Below, one piece after another: positions 1 through 22,625 of a DNA stretch of 64,000 nucleotides (positions are counted from its first letter, which is position 1; each line of letters starts with the position of its first letter). Under the pieces are notes generated by a model. That model saw nothing but the letters and a program-made list of their open reading frames with translations, was not told where the DNA came from and did not search any database. Location of the stretch: the NCBI GenBank assembly GCA_033442325.1, contig JAWQFM010000025.1, positions 320,826-384,825 of the forward strand, written 5' to 3'. The position numbers and the translations under genes were made by a program. Source of the stretch: Salpingoeca rosetta (lineage: Eukaryota; Protista; Choanoflagellata).

Positions 1-86
<86 letters not shown>

Positions 87-274
87 TGGGTGTGGGTGTG
101 GTGGGTGTGTGTGTGTGGGTGTGTGTGTGTGTGAGCGACTGGCATGTTAGGAGGAGGGGGTCAATGCGTTGCAGTTTTGCCAAAGGCTCGAGCTGGCACG
201 CGCACATACGCGCACATACGCACACACGCACGCAAGAAAGAGCATTGGCGCAAGGAATGAGCCCGCAAACGCCA

Positions 275-310
<36 letters not shown>

Positions 311-470
311 CACACGCACACAACATACACACAACATGCACACAACACATACACACCACACATACACACCACACATACACACAACATACACAACGTACAC
401 AGCATACAACAACGTACACAACACATGCACACAACATACACAACAACGTACACACAACATAACACACTCA

Positions 471-1713
471 CGCGTCCAATGCCGCAGTCGGTTTCGAGCG
501 CCTGCTTCCAGCGCATGGCAAAGAAGTTGAGGCTGTCCTCATCACGCTGATCAAGCGGTTTGCGGCAGCGGACAGTGGCCTGGTGTGGTTGTGATGTGTT
601 GAGAGGGGTGGGGAATGAGGAATGAGGGAGGGGTGTGTACGGTTGTGAGACACGTCAATGGCACATTGGAGATGTAGACACGCGTGAACAACAAGGCACG
701 TACGCGAAAACCTGAATACATGCAAGCACAGGCACACACACACACGCACATGCACACACACACACACACACACACACGGGCACACCTCCAGGGTCGTGTT
801 GAAGGCCGATTGAGAGCAGGGGGAGACGGCGACGCAACCGCTGGACTCCGTGTCGTTGCAACGGTACACTTTGAGGCAATCTGGGGAGGGAGGATGTCGT
901 GGGGCGAGGCGGAGGAGGTGGTGAGTGGCAAGCAATGCGCGTGAGCGAGTGCGAAGGAGGTAAGGAGGCAGGCAACAGCAGGCACCGGTGGCAACACACA
1001 CACACACACACACGCACCCACACCTCCATTGGCGCAGGCCTCGAAGTGCCGGCACTGGCACGTGCCACCTGCAAACAGAAGAAGAAGGGGTGAGTTCAGG
1101 AGGGGTGAGACACGGTTGGCTAGGCAGGAAGGCGGGCAAAAGGCAGTTTACAGGGCGATGTAGAATGCACACACACACACACACACACATGCACGCACAC
1201 ACACATGCACGCACACTGACCGAGGGTGCAGCGGGACCGAGAGAGGCCTGTTGCGTGACCGCTTTGGAAGTAGTAGCCGATTGGGGACGCAGTCAACGCC
1301 GCGCAACCATCAATGCCCTGTGAGGCGGGAGGGGAGTGAAGGTGGGGTGGAGTGAAAGTGGGGTGAGATGGCAGAGGGATGCAGTGTGAGGAGAGTGGGC
1401 TAGTGGGAGGGGCAGAGAGGAATTGTAGATGGAGGGAGAGAGGTGGTGGAGAGACGCGAGCACGAGGGGCAAAGAGAAACGCATACGCACGAACCCGCAC
1501 ACAACACAACACACAGCGAAACACACAACACACACGCATACATACACGTATTAACTCTGCCGCATCATCCCCTCATACCGCATCGTTGAGAAACTCCGAC
1601 AAGGTCAATTCGTCTCCCAGGTCGAGGAGGGCGTGGGCGGTCTCGGTGGTGGCAATCACGGCGGCAGCCACGAAAAGGGCGAGCCGAACAGCCCGCAAGC
1701 CAGTAAAGTCCAT
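471..1713 (-). CDS. Multi-exon gene for a secreted or membrane Cys-containing protein of unknown function; 3' part probably continues left of the window
   Basis: ATG at 1713 is followed by a signal-peptide-like stretch (MDFTGLRAVRLALFVAAAVIATTETAHA). GT-AG-bounded exons lie at about 1579-1713, 1221-1317, 1025-1067, 786-880 and 472-579, separated by CA-rich introns. Confidence 0.6.
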
Positions 1714-2293
1714 GGTCCTATGGTCAGCGATAGCGATAAACTTAGTCGCGGCAGAAGGAAGGTGTTGCTGCAGTGCGTCTTGGTGGAGAGGTGTGTGGTT
1801 CGAGTTGGAGACGAGAGAAATGAACAGGGCACGCGTGCCTGAACACGTGAGACGTGCAGTGTGTCGGGGAACAGAACAACAAGCGAACAAGACACCAAGC
1901 ACACAGCTGCTGGCACATGACGGAGTTGACAGTGGCAAGGGAGAAGAGAACAACAACAAGAACACACAGACAAACCTTCTTGTTGTTTCTGTGCATGGCG
2001 ATGACGCGAGATGCTGCGGTGGCGGAGGGCGGGTGATGTCACCTGTCTGCTTTTCAAGTGGTTGGAGCCTGTCGGTACGGGGAGGGAGGCAGCAGCGGCA
2101 TGTTTGCATGTCTGCATAATATTTGCCACTTTGAACGTCGCATTTTCAAAAGGGCGGCAACGAATAATTGCGTTTGGATCGGTTGGGTGAACAAGGGTGA
2201 CATCAGAGTGACGTCACATTTTGACACCACGTGCGTTCAAAAAGGATGGGGATGGGGATGTGACAACGTTAGTGGTACGGCGCTTTCGGAAGG

Positions 2294-2297
<4 letters not shown>

Positions 2298-2386
<89 letters not shown>
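2298..2386. repeat. (GA)n microsatellite; representative of dozens of simple repeats in the window
   Basis: Direct inspection. Others include (GT)n 1-85, (GAGT)n ~21170-21250, (TCAC)n ~30375-30660, (CAA)n ~42800-42890 and (GTT)n ~52120-52206. Confidence 0.95.
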
Positions 2387-2388
<2 letters not shown>

Positions 2389-2872
2389 TGAGGTGGCGCT
2401 GAGGGCAAAAGATGTAGGAGGATGAGGCGTGAGACATCAAACGACGAAACGATGAGGAGTCGGTGGGGTTTCTTACTTACGATGTTGTGTGGATGTCACA
2501 TCATGTTACAAACCAAGCTCAGACACAAAGGACCCACTCAAGGTGACAGTCTCCGAATGACAAACACAAGATTCCTCTTGCTCGCGTTTTGACAGGATGA
2601 CGTGACTGTGTGCTTCATTCTATGAAAATGAACAACAAGGCAAAGGAGAACTACAGAACAGCTTGGAGTTTGTGGGCAATCACCATCGGAAGAAGGAAGG
2701 TGTCACAGAAAGCGGAAAGGGATTGGAAGTGTAAGTGACAGACGTCTAAGCACAGTCGTAGTGAGCCGGTGGAACGGCAACAAGATCCACAGCAACCATT
2801 GACAAGGAAGACGTGGGCAAGACCCTCCAGATGTTGGAGACAACCTTCTTGGCCCGTGAACAAGCAGATCTA

Positions 2873-4469
2873 TCACCAGCGACTCCCGTGCGCTTCAGCA
2901 ATCCTTTGTAGATGAACAGACACACCATTGTGCTGGGGATCAAGCAGATTCGTGGCAACTAACTCAGTCAACGGCAGCCACACCCTCTCCTTTGTTCTTT
3001 CGTGAGGTTCGCTCGCGTTCAAGTGTGTGTCTCCGATGTTGTCGTGGCAACTTGCAAACGCGCAATCGTCTTCGAAGTGCACGTCCGACACAACGACATA
3101 TGAAGGGGAGCCGAAACACTGACGGATTTGGCGGCAAGTTCCATCCCAGGTTGCGCTCAAATCCTCGGAGACAAGAGGTAACATCATGGAAGAGTGATCG
3201 CGGAGAACAAGCACTTCAAGCGTTGGACGACCCTCCCGAGCAACGCGTCGATGAAGATGTGTCCGCTTCCATCGAGTCAGAACCAAGAATAGGGACTGTA
3301 GGCGTTGATAGGCGCCAGCCCATTTCTCTGGAAGAGTCTGGTGAACCAGCATGCGCGGGCAAAAGCAGTTTTGATGAGATTCTCGTGTTGAACATTCAAC
3401 ATGAAGCACAAGCCAACAAGCAGGACGACTCATACGCACCAACGGTGAAGCAGCGCAACAGCCACAGTTATGCCAATGCCTTTCTTCAATTGCACGCAGC
3501 ATGGCAAGGGAGGACTCCACTTGTGCTCGAGATGGGCGCAGGTCATTGTTGGCGTTGGCTGCCTGGGCCACCAAGCCAGAAAACGCAGGGCTTTGCTCCT
3601 GCAAGGCATGCTTCGCCGACCTCTCAAAATACCACAGTTCCCGATCTTCACGCATACTGCGCTCTTCAAGGATGGCATCCAGCTCTCCGGCAATCTCATT
3701 GTACCTCCGATCAATGTCAACTTCGTGGTAGCCATTGCACAAGACCATCCCCCCGCGTTCCGTGTGCGGTTCAGGATTGCGTTGCGGGACAAGTGTGTTG
3801 TTGTCGCGATAGCCATTGCACAAGACCATCCCCCCGCGTTCCGTGTGCGGTTCAGGATTGCGTTGCGGGACAAGTGTGTTGTTGTCGCGATAGCCATTGC
3901 ACAAGACCATCCCCCCGCGTTCCGTGTGCGGTTCAGGATTGCGTTGCGGGACAAGTGTGTTGTTGTCGTTAGGTTCGACTGGCTTGTCCTCTCTCCAACA
4001 GCAGTTGCAGCTCTTGCACGTCACACATGCCTTTGCAAGGAACTTGAGTGCAACGGAGACGATTGCAAGTGGCGCAAAGTATGTTCGAATTGGTTTTTTG
4101 TACTCACGAAGGAGTCCTAGAGCAAGGGTAAAACAGGGGACATCGTAATGAGTGCGCAACTCCTCAAATCAAGGAAGGCCCAAACGGCCGAGCAAATGCA
4201 ATGATTTTACCGTATCTCTGATGAGCCCAGTAGGCGTGCGCTTGAACATGGACTCGACTGTATGTGTTGTTGAACATGGCTGTTGACATGACATCAGCGT
4301 GAGTTTGGACGTCAGAAAAGTGCACAACTTAAACTGTGAACACGCCGGATGCAGCTGCGGATGTGTCAGGAACATACCCCGAGATCAATCTTACCGATGA
4401 GCATGTTCACAAGCAGAATGGTCGTGCCAAGAACGAAGAGGGCCAAGAGAAACGGCAGCATTTGGACTT

Positions 4470-4534
<65 letters not shown>

Positions 4535-7500
4535 TTCAAAGTGCCCAAGCACGGACATGAGAGATCCCCTTCCTCTTGTCAGAGAAGTGGGGGACTAAGA
4601 AACGCGCAATAAGTTGCACCTGCGTGGGGCAGCTCTCAAACAGCTGCGGTCCTTGGCAGCTGGCTTCGTCACTGAGATGTTCCAGGATTTGGTCGCCGTA
4701 AATTTGAAAGTACGGACGGAACAAGACGTCAATGACCTTCTGCGTCCTGTAACTTGTAAGCGGATAGAGCACCGCCTGAAAGGCGACACCAAAACCTAGC
4801 GAATTCGAGGGCGAGAATGATGTGTTTGAGAGGGTGCAGATCCAACTCACACGGCGTGAATGAGCAGAAGAAGGATAAGGCGAGCTTACCAACAAGAACG
4901 CTGACGAGGAGGGCAAGATAGATGAGGATGTCGTCTCTCATGTGCAACAGCACCGCAATCTTGGGCCCAAGGCGTGGGCACACTTTCAAGAAGCCAAGTG
5001 TGCGCAGCCACAACATAATTCCGACGAATGCGTGGATGGCTTTGGTGGCTCTCTGGGAGAATACACACAATAAACACCGTCCGGTGAGTTGATGACGAAA
5101 ACATCAAGCATGTCGCTGGAACGTGTGCAGAACATGAAAACCACAAACCACACACACCTTCGTCCCTGAATCATGGAAGTCACTGAGCCGCGTGACAAGT
5201 CCTGCAATGTACAGGGAAAAGAAGATCATTTCCACTGCATGTGGACCCCAGCAGGACTGTCGGGTCCAAAAGTATCCCCACTCTTTCCGCAGCTGCATTG
5301 TTATGAATGTTGGCACGAGTTGGCGGGAAAGAAAGATGAGCGTGTGATCAGACAATGAGGGCAGGCATCATTGAATGCTGGGTAACGTACATGGTACTGA
5401 AGTTGGTGGATCTCCTCGACGATTAAGTTTGCAAACCACACCATCAATGCAATTTCAACGCGGGACAGGTGGTCTGGCAGCTCATCCAAGAGGTAGAAGG
5501 AAAACAGGCAGCACAAGACCAAGTGCGCAAACAGCTCCATCCACAGCCTGTCACGAGCAGGGGAGAGTGCATTCAGCGTGAACACAAATGCAGAGCAAGT
5601 GCTTTGCAAGAAGCTTGCTTGCTCGTGAGGGTCGAGCCTTGATATGATAAGTACCTCACAAAAGGGGCGGTCCAGAACACGCCAAGCTTGTGACAGAGGC
5701 CTGTGTTTCTGTTGCTGCTCTTGTCGTCGTCGTTGTTGTTTGCTTGCACATGAAGCTTCCGAGACTGAGAAGGCTCTAAGAGTATGACTGGGAGAGACAA
5801 AAAGGCGACACAAAGTGCAATCTGCAAGAGAATGTCGCATCGGCATACATAAATGTGGGCACACAGCGACACGTGTAAATTCACATGTGTCAGAGCAAGG
5901 CATGTACAACAGATGGACCGCATAGACGGAGAGGCTGTGCCATACCTTCGGCACTGAGTTGTCATTCGACATGTCGCCATACCACTGCTCTGTCACAAAG
6001 CGCTGACAAGGGTCTTTGGCAAGAAACTTGTTGGAGTCAGTCTTGTATGCCATCTGAGGACAGAGTCGCAAAGGTCAAGATGATGTTGTAAGCAGACTGT
6101 AACAATCATACAGCAATCTAGGAGCTGGAACTGCTTTGTGAAATGAAGAACCGGATCAGTTTGATTACCTCCAACACGTTGTTGCTCTCCCACTCCTTCT
6201 CGAGTAGCTTTCGCGTTTTGGTAACATCCTGCTTCTTGCATTCTTTGAGCAACTCGATGGCCTTCGCTTCCAGCTCCCTGCAATGTATGAAATGGCATTT
6301 TCAAGTCAAACTGTGGCAATCACATCACGCGAATTTTGTCTCACGTATTTGCACTTTCAGTGTACGTACTTTGCCCATGCCCTGACGCGCTGTTTTCCCT
6401 CGTGTTGATCGATGTCATCTGCTCGTTCTTGCAGTACTGCTTGGGCTTTCATTGCGCATGAAAGGGCTTGATCGCAGTGAATCCATAGAACCATTGCTGC
6501 CTCCATCTGATCGCGCTTGACGGCACGCAACTTGAGCAAGCCCAAGAAACATCGAGAACGAAGTCAGCCAGTTGAGAATCGTGCAGTGTCCACAGATGAC
6601 AGAACAAGAGAGACTTACGAATTCTTGGTGGGGGGACTGCTTCTCGTGAAACACCGTTTGGCGGTTTTTCTGAGTGACAATGAAGCACACGCAAGTCGTG
6701 TTAAAAATGCAGGAACAAATGGGGGAGGGAAGATTCCACACCTTTCTTTGTCACAATCAACAACTCACGGCCCTTCCCCTCCCTTGTGAGCGGAGCAATA
6801 CCAGGTGAAAAAGAACGCCTCGATCGATGCAGAGTTGAACGTAGGCGGCGGAATTCAGGCGGATGGCTCGATGCATCACGAATCGAAAGGCGGGGCTGCT
6901 CCTCCTGATCTGCACGCACATGCAGGTGTTTCGATTGTCATGAGATTGGTGAAGGAGAATGGCTCTGGCGCACTATCGGCTTTCAAGCGGCACACTTACT
7001 GTACAACACTTTCACTGACCTGCTCAACGGCAAGTGATGTTGTCTTCGGCAGCTTGGAGATCTTCAGCTGCATCGCTGATAACATAAGTCATGGTGCATC
7101 ATGAGCTGTCGAGTTCACAAGTTGACAAGTTCACGAGTTCAACTGGAGACAAACATTCATGTAAGCAACATATAACCGCGACTCACCAAGGGTCAGCAGA
7201 TTGTCATAGTTGGAGCTGGTCTGGCTGGGGTTCTGACAAATCGCCTACAACAAGTCGGTGCCATGAGAGTAGCTTGTTGTGTTCTGGTTGTACAACTGGG
7301 AGCGTACACATATTCATGACCTCGACGCACAGTCGAGGGTATGCACATCGAAAGCGGTAGGTTTGCAATGTATATTTACCTGATACACGCAGTTCACAAG
7401 ATTCCAGGATGCTTGGTTGTCCAGTTTGTACACAATCATCTGCACATCACCAGAAGTGAGAAGGTACTCCACACACTGCATGTGAAGTGGCATCTGCACG

Positions 7501-9671
7501 GAAGCAGCAAGGCGGGAACTGTGGAGTGCGCAAACTCACCCCCTTTTTGTCGCTTGCGCAGCGAATGACGTCTCTCTTGATACTGCGTATTTCAGCATCG
7601 TTGGCATTTTCACATTCAGGCATGTGTCGAATTAGCGCTTCGAGTCCTTGTACCGTGTGATCGCGGTGGCGCCACCTGCAGTGGTGAACAACGGGGAGAA
7701 GGAAAATGAATGTATGCACCATTGTTTGTATGTGTGGATGTATGTGTGTATGTATGTATGTATGTATGTGCGTGTTTGTATCTCATCAGGCAGTGCAAAC
7801 AAGCACTGTACAACACAGCACGCTTACTGTGAGCTGTGCAGCAAGTGATATGCGTATCCAAGGACTTTGGCCATGCCACCAGAGTCTTTCACCACGACAA
7901 CTGGCACACCTGCCACATCTGATCGCATGGGTGGGCCAGGAATGGTGAGCGAAGTCAGCAGGGTCAGAACCAGCGCGACACGGGACAAAATCTTACTCGC
8001 TGCAAGGGCATCGTTGAGGGCGGCTTTGTCTCCTCGAATGACGACAGCCACACTGTGGCATTTCAGGTGTTTTGCGGCTTCCTGTGGCAGTCAAGAATGT
8101 GCAACATGAAGACAACAGTGCGTCAGCACTATGTTGAGATACCGGGCACCTCGTATCTCCTCAGTGTCATCATACCTGCACGAATGACGACCGAAATGAA
8201 TGGTTGTAGCATGTCTTAATGTGCGCATCTGCCTCGTCTCTGTCGTCGTTTTCGCGAGCAGGGCCTGAAACGGTGTAAGGCGGGGCGTTCTCCCGGTGTT
8301 CTGTTTGAGCGAACAGCGCCAACACCAGTCATTACAGAGGCCTTCAACATGTGCGTGCAAGCAACCCAACTGCGTTCAAGGCACGACAAACGCCAGCCGA
8401 AACATTACCGATGCTCAGAATAAAGGGTCTCGCTGGAGTCTTGGACAGGCCAATATCTTTCAGTGCCCGGGACATGCACTGCACAATGCCTGTAAGTGCG
8501 CGCAAAACAAGGATTGACGTAAGACACCGCTGCTTTTTCTTCCAACCAGACACACTGAGGGTATGCAAGAACAATCCGGACCTTGGCGAGAACCGTCAGT
8601 TACAACCCATGCGTTTGTGTGTGAGGCGATTGCTTGCAGGCTGTCGCGAACTTCTGAATGCAAGGGTTCCAATTGCAGAAACGCGTCCGTGCTGCCGATG
8701 ACATGCAGCACCAAGCTCGGTGAGCTCAACCGTGCAACCCCGTGCCAATATTCAGGCATCCAATTGAGATGGTGGTGTGTTGACCTGAAAGGATCTCGCT
8801 GCAGACTCATGCACAGATCTTTTAGTTTTGCCACGCATGGTGCAGCGTTTGCTTCTGTTGAGCTGTCGAGCAACATGTTGAATAGCTCTTGCAATGGCTT
8901 GATCAGGTTGTCCTCGAGCTTATTGGCCATTTCGGCAGAAAACCCTTGGGGCCAAGCTTCGAGCAACTGGCGAGCTGATCGTTCGAAAGCTCCAGCACAC
9001 GATTTCATGAACAAGAACCAATCATAAAGTGCTGGTAACATGACTGCCAATCGCATTAGCGTGTGATCGATGTTGGGGCAGCTCTGCACAAGCTCGTGCA
9101 ACTTTGTGTGGAATGTGGGGGCATCGTCATCTTGTTCAGCAAGGAGGAAGGTCAAGTGATGATGTAGGTCTTCGAGATGCGAGGGTTCGCCAATGTTCTC
9201 AGCTGGACGTTGTCCCACAATGTCTTCTTCGTTCCTATGCTTAATGGCGTCAATGACTGTTTGATCGAGCGCGTTGAGAAGTTCTTGTGAGGTTGGTGGA
9301 GGATCGTGTTCATGTCCTTCGCGTTGGTCTTGTGCCTGTTGTGGTTTTGTGAGGAAGCGGCGCACAGTATCAACAATGTCTTGAATGGCTTGCTCCAGGT
9401 TTTGCAGCACATCCCTTGCTTCTTCAACTTGCGCATCATTTTGTTCGTTCGTCAAGCGACGGTTGATGCCAGCAAGGGATTGCTTCAGCCGAGACAGATC
9501 CTTGCTGATGTACGCAACAGTTTTGTTCACGAGGGATTTGGCAATCGGGTTGTGCTGGACTGAGTAGCCTCGGCTGTCAAACCGCTTCTTGGTGTCTGGA
9601 AAGCAATCTGCCTCTACAGCGTTTTGCTCAAACCCTAGCGGGGCAGCCTCTTCATTGAGAAACGCTGGCAT
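2873..9671 (-). CDS. TRPM-family (TRPM2-like) cation channel, multi-exon: helical N-terminal extension, SLOG/MHR1-4, TM channel domain, degenerate NUDT9-H C-terminus
   Basis: SLOG/MHR1-2 motifs: SPSLVLHVIGS, TNAWVVTDG, PVVVVKDSGGMA. MHR4/pre-S1: AAMVLW..ALSCAMKA and KFLAKDPCQRFVTEQWYGDM. S4-S5: LWLRTLGFLKVCPRLGPKI. Pore: FGVAFQAVLYP..VLFRPYFQIYG. S6: TILLVNMLI. The tail VLTRWKR..LEVLVL..HLQRIAEAHGSRW* resembles the NUDT9-H tail of TRPM2. The start codon (MPAFLNEE, 9671) is tentative. Confidence 0.88.
3729..3968. repeat. 81-bp in-frame tandem repeat, 3 copies, within the last TRPM exon (27 aa: DNNTLVPQRNPEPHTERGGMVLCNGYR)
   Basis: Identical units start at 3729, 3810 and 3891. Confidence 0.95.
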
Positions 9672-10417
9672 GCTATCTTGTTTGCTCTCGGCAGGAACGC
9701 AAGCAAAATGAAAACTACAGAGCTTCACGTCGACGCTGTTTGAGCTGCGCCACTGACACTCTTACACTGACACTCTGTACACTGCCACGTGGCAGCTTCG
9801 TCACCCCCAGCTTGTTGTCCTGTCAAATATAACAGTTCTTTCCCGAACAGGGAACATGCCGCGCCCTTCTCGCCACAAGTTGACTTTCCGTGAACCCTCA
9901 GGACCCACTGACGCACCCGCGTCGCCTCTCCGTCACCCCAAAGCTTGCTTGTTGTCCTGTCAAATCTAACAGTTCTTTCCCGAACAGCAGGAAAACAGGA
10001 AACTCTCTTCAGCCTGAAAAAAAAAAAAAAGGGCAAAAAAGATTTACTCCTCTTCATGGTGTTCCTGCCGTGACTTGCCTTCCCACACAACCTCCCACTG
10101 GCATTCTCGTATGTCTGCGCCCGTACGCCTGCATTCTCGTATGTATGCACTTGCGCACATGTACGTGTCTGTGCTCTCGTGTGTCATGACGACCGTGCAT
10201 CTGCTTTCGCAGGCACACCTGTTCGCATCTGTTTGTTTGACCACTGTTGTATATTGGCTCAACATTCCAAGGTGGACAGTAAACGCTTCACTCAGCAAAC
10301 AGACACCAAAGTGAAACGGCACCGCAAAGGCGATACAGTAACAACGCGTGCACACTACTCCAATGCACGAACAAACACACAGGATCCAATCCATCTAAAC
10401 CCCATTTACAGCTCCCC

Positions 10418-14738
<4,321 letters not shown>

Positions 14739-15530
14739 GGCTTGTCTGCTTGTGTGTTGTGTGTGTTGTGTGTGTGTGTGTGTGTTGTGTGTGTGTCTTG
14801 TGTGTTGTGTGTGTGTCTGTGTGTGTTGTGTGTGTGTGTGTGTTGTGTGTGTGTGTGTCTGTGTGTGAGCGTGTGGTTGTGGAAATGTGCGCGTCGTTGT
14901 GTGCGTGTGTGTGTCGTGCAGGCGTGTGTCTTTGCGTCTGGTTTGAGTGTGTCTTTGTGTTTGAGTGTGTCTTGTGTCTGTGCTTGCGTGTGTGTTTGCG
15001 TGTGTCTTTGCGGGTGTCGACAAGACACAACATGAGCGACACAAAGAAGAAATGCTTTGCCAGAAGATGCCTGGCGGCGAGCAAGAAAACTCAATCAATG
15101 CACTGCTGGCACGTGGAAGTGCAGCCCTGCGTCCGAAGTTTGTCTTGGTGCTGAAGTTTTTTTTTTTTCTGCAGCAAGGAAAGGCTTTCCGTTTCCAAAG
15201 AGCTTTCATTGCCTTTTCGGCGTTTTGGGAAAGGGTCACAACAAAAGGAAACACGTGTTTCACAGAAAAAAAAAACATGAAGCACAACAAAGGAAATTCA
15301 AAAAAAAAAAAACCACCAGGACAGCAAATTCGTGCTGACGGGAACTGTGAAGTGAAGTCTGTGCACATGCACGCAAATCCACAGACAGACACACAGGCAC
15401 GCAAATCCACAGACAGACACACAGACACACAGACGCACACACAGACACACAGACACACACGCACACACACGCTAACCCACAGACACACATCTACACGCAT
15501 CTACACCTTCCCCCCTTCCGTCACCGTCGT

Positions 15531-20343
<4,813 letters not shown>

Positions 20344-20674
20344 GCTTGGAGAGTGTGCTTTGAAGAGGAGTGTTCTTCTGTTCTGAGTGGCGTGCTCGAT
20401 TGACGGTGGCGCCTTGAAACGATGAGCACGTCAGCCTGTCAGCCCTGCAAACGGGACTGCTTGCTCTTGCTTGCTGCGCTGTTTAGCTGTTTGCAACGTC
20501 GACGAAACTGTATGCTGGAGCGATCTTGCTGTCTGACTTGTTTGCGAGTGATTCCATGGCCAAATATGACACTTGCCACTCAGCTAGTTTCAGTGTATTG
20601 TCAGTAAAAGGACACCAAATTCACAGAAAACGAAATGGACGTACGCAAGCAAAGAAAAAGGTCTGAAGGTACTC

Positions 20675-20726
<52 letters not shown>

Positions 20727-20913
20727 AGCGTTCAACGCTTCTTTAAAAAGCACAGCGGTAAGGCATAACAGTGAGACAACGCAAAAGGACAAGCACAACA
20801 GAATGACTCAAAAGGGATGAAAACCGTCATCAACGACACAGGACGACAGACGGCACGACAACACGACAAGCCAGCGAAAACGACACAGGTCGCTGGTTGT
20901 TCTTTTCGTTCGG

Positions 20914-22326
20914 TTAGACGAGGAACGGCTGCCGGCCGTTTTCGTCAAAGGTGTCTGCGGGCGCGATTTTGTTGTTGTTCGTCTGGTGCACGCCCACGTC
21001 CGTGAGGAGGCGGGTCAGGACGAGCACCACGACGTACAGCACGGCAAAGCCCAGCAGCACCTCCGTGGACTTGCCCAGCGCCTCGGCCGCATCGCCGCAG
21101 AGCACATTCAGCACCAACTGGTACCTGATGGCGTGTGTGCGTGTTGTATTGTGTTTGATTGTGAGTGGGTGAGTGAGTGAGTGAGTGAGTGAGTGAGTGA
21201 GTGAGTGAGTGAGTGAGTGAGTGAGTGAGTGAGTGAGTGAGTAAGTGAGTGCATACGTGCGTGTGAGCGCACATTTGTTTGTGTGACAGCTCATCCACCA
21301 CGCACATGGTTCAACGTCCAAGGCAATGTACAAACCAACATTGCCACCCCCTTGCTCCATCCTCGAATTACACATGCTCACCTGCCGTTGAGCTCGGAGC
21401 AGCTGACGAGCTGGAGAACGCCTTCATCCGCGTTTCCGTTTGCATCGAGCGAATCTGCGCCAATGGCCGTGTTGAGCTCACCGAGCGTCGAGTTGGCGTC
21501 CTATTTGAAGGTGAAACGTGGAGGAAAGGGGAACGAGGACAATGAGTGCTCATTTTGCGCATAGAGGTGTGTGAGTGCGTGTGCGTGTGAGTGCGTGTGT
21601 GTGTGTGTGCACGTTTGATGACCTAATCGTGCTCACAACAACACCAATAGTACACTATGCATCATATCACGCAAGTGCACGCTGCACGCACCAAGAGGAG
21701 GGTGCTGAGTGTGCTGCACTGCGTGACGTTGAACTGAGTGCACTCGGTGCTGTTGTTAATCTCGTCTCGCAGATCCAAGACCGCCGTCTGTGCAGAGTCG
21801 AAACCATCCGTCAGGTCAGCCGTGTCGCTGTTGGGTGTGTGGAAAGGTGATGATGGAAGTGAGTGAAAGTGAGTACCAGAGGAAAGTAACTCAAGCAGAG
21901 CACGATCACCACACTTATGCACACCCACACACCCCCACACCCACCCCCACACCCACCCACACACCCACACACCCACACACCCTCCACACACACACACACA
22001 CTCACGCACACAACGTACTCAGCAAACGGGTTGTCGAGTGAGGTGTCGTCGTCACACTGGATGAAGAAGGTGATGGTGGGGTCGGTGACCTCTGCAAGGC
22101 CGATGATGCTGGCGTCGGGGTTGATGCACACGTCGGAGAGACCCGTCATCACGCCAACCAGCGCAGCGGATACGAGCTGTAGCAATAAGGCAGAGCAAAC
22201 AACAGGGAGTGGCAACAGTGAGAAGTGGGGGAGGATACGTATGGGTGGTGGGATGGTGAGCAAGAACGCGGTGTTTAGCAACGCGCATGGCAGTGAAAGA
22301 ATGACACAAACAGGCGAAAGAAGCAT

Positions 22327-22384
<58 letters not shown>

Positions 22385-22549
22385 CGACGACGANNNNNNN
22401 NNNNNNNNNNNNNNNNNNNNNNNNNNNNNNNNNNNNNNNNNNNNNNNNNNNNNNNNNNNNNNNNNNNNNNNNNNNNNNNNNNNNNNNNNNNNNNNNNNNN
22501 NNNNNNNNNNNNNNNNNNNNNNNNNNNNNNNNNNNNNNNNNNNNNNNNN

Positions 22550-22625
<76 letters not shown>

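Noticed and set aside
2992-3972. 326-aa plus-strand ORF and similar antisense ORFs over the deaminase, LRR-like and PH genes
   Set aside because: Antisense shadows of real coding exons with no recognisable motifs.
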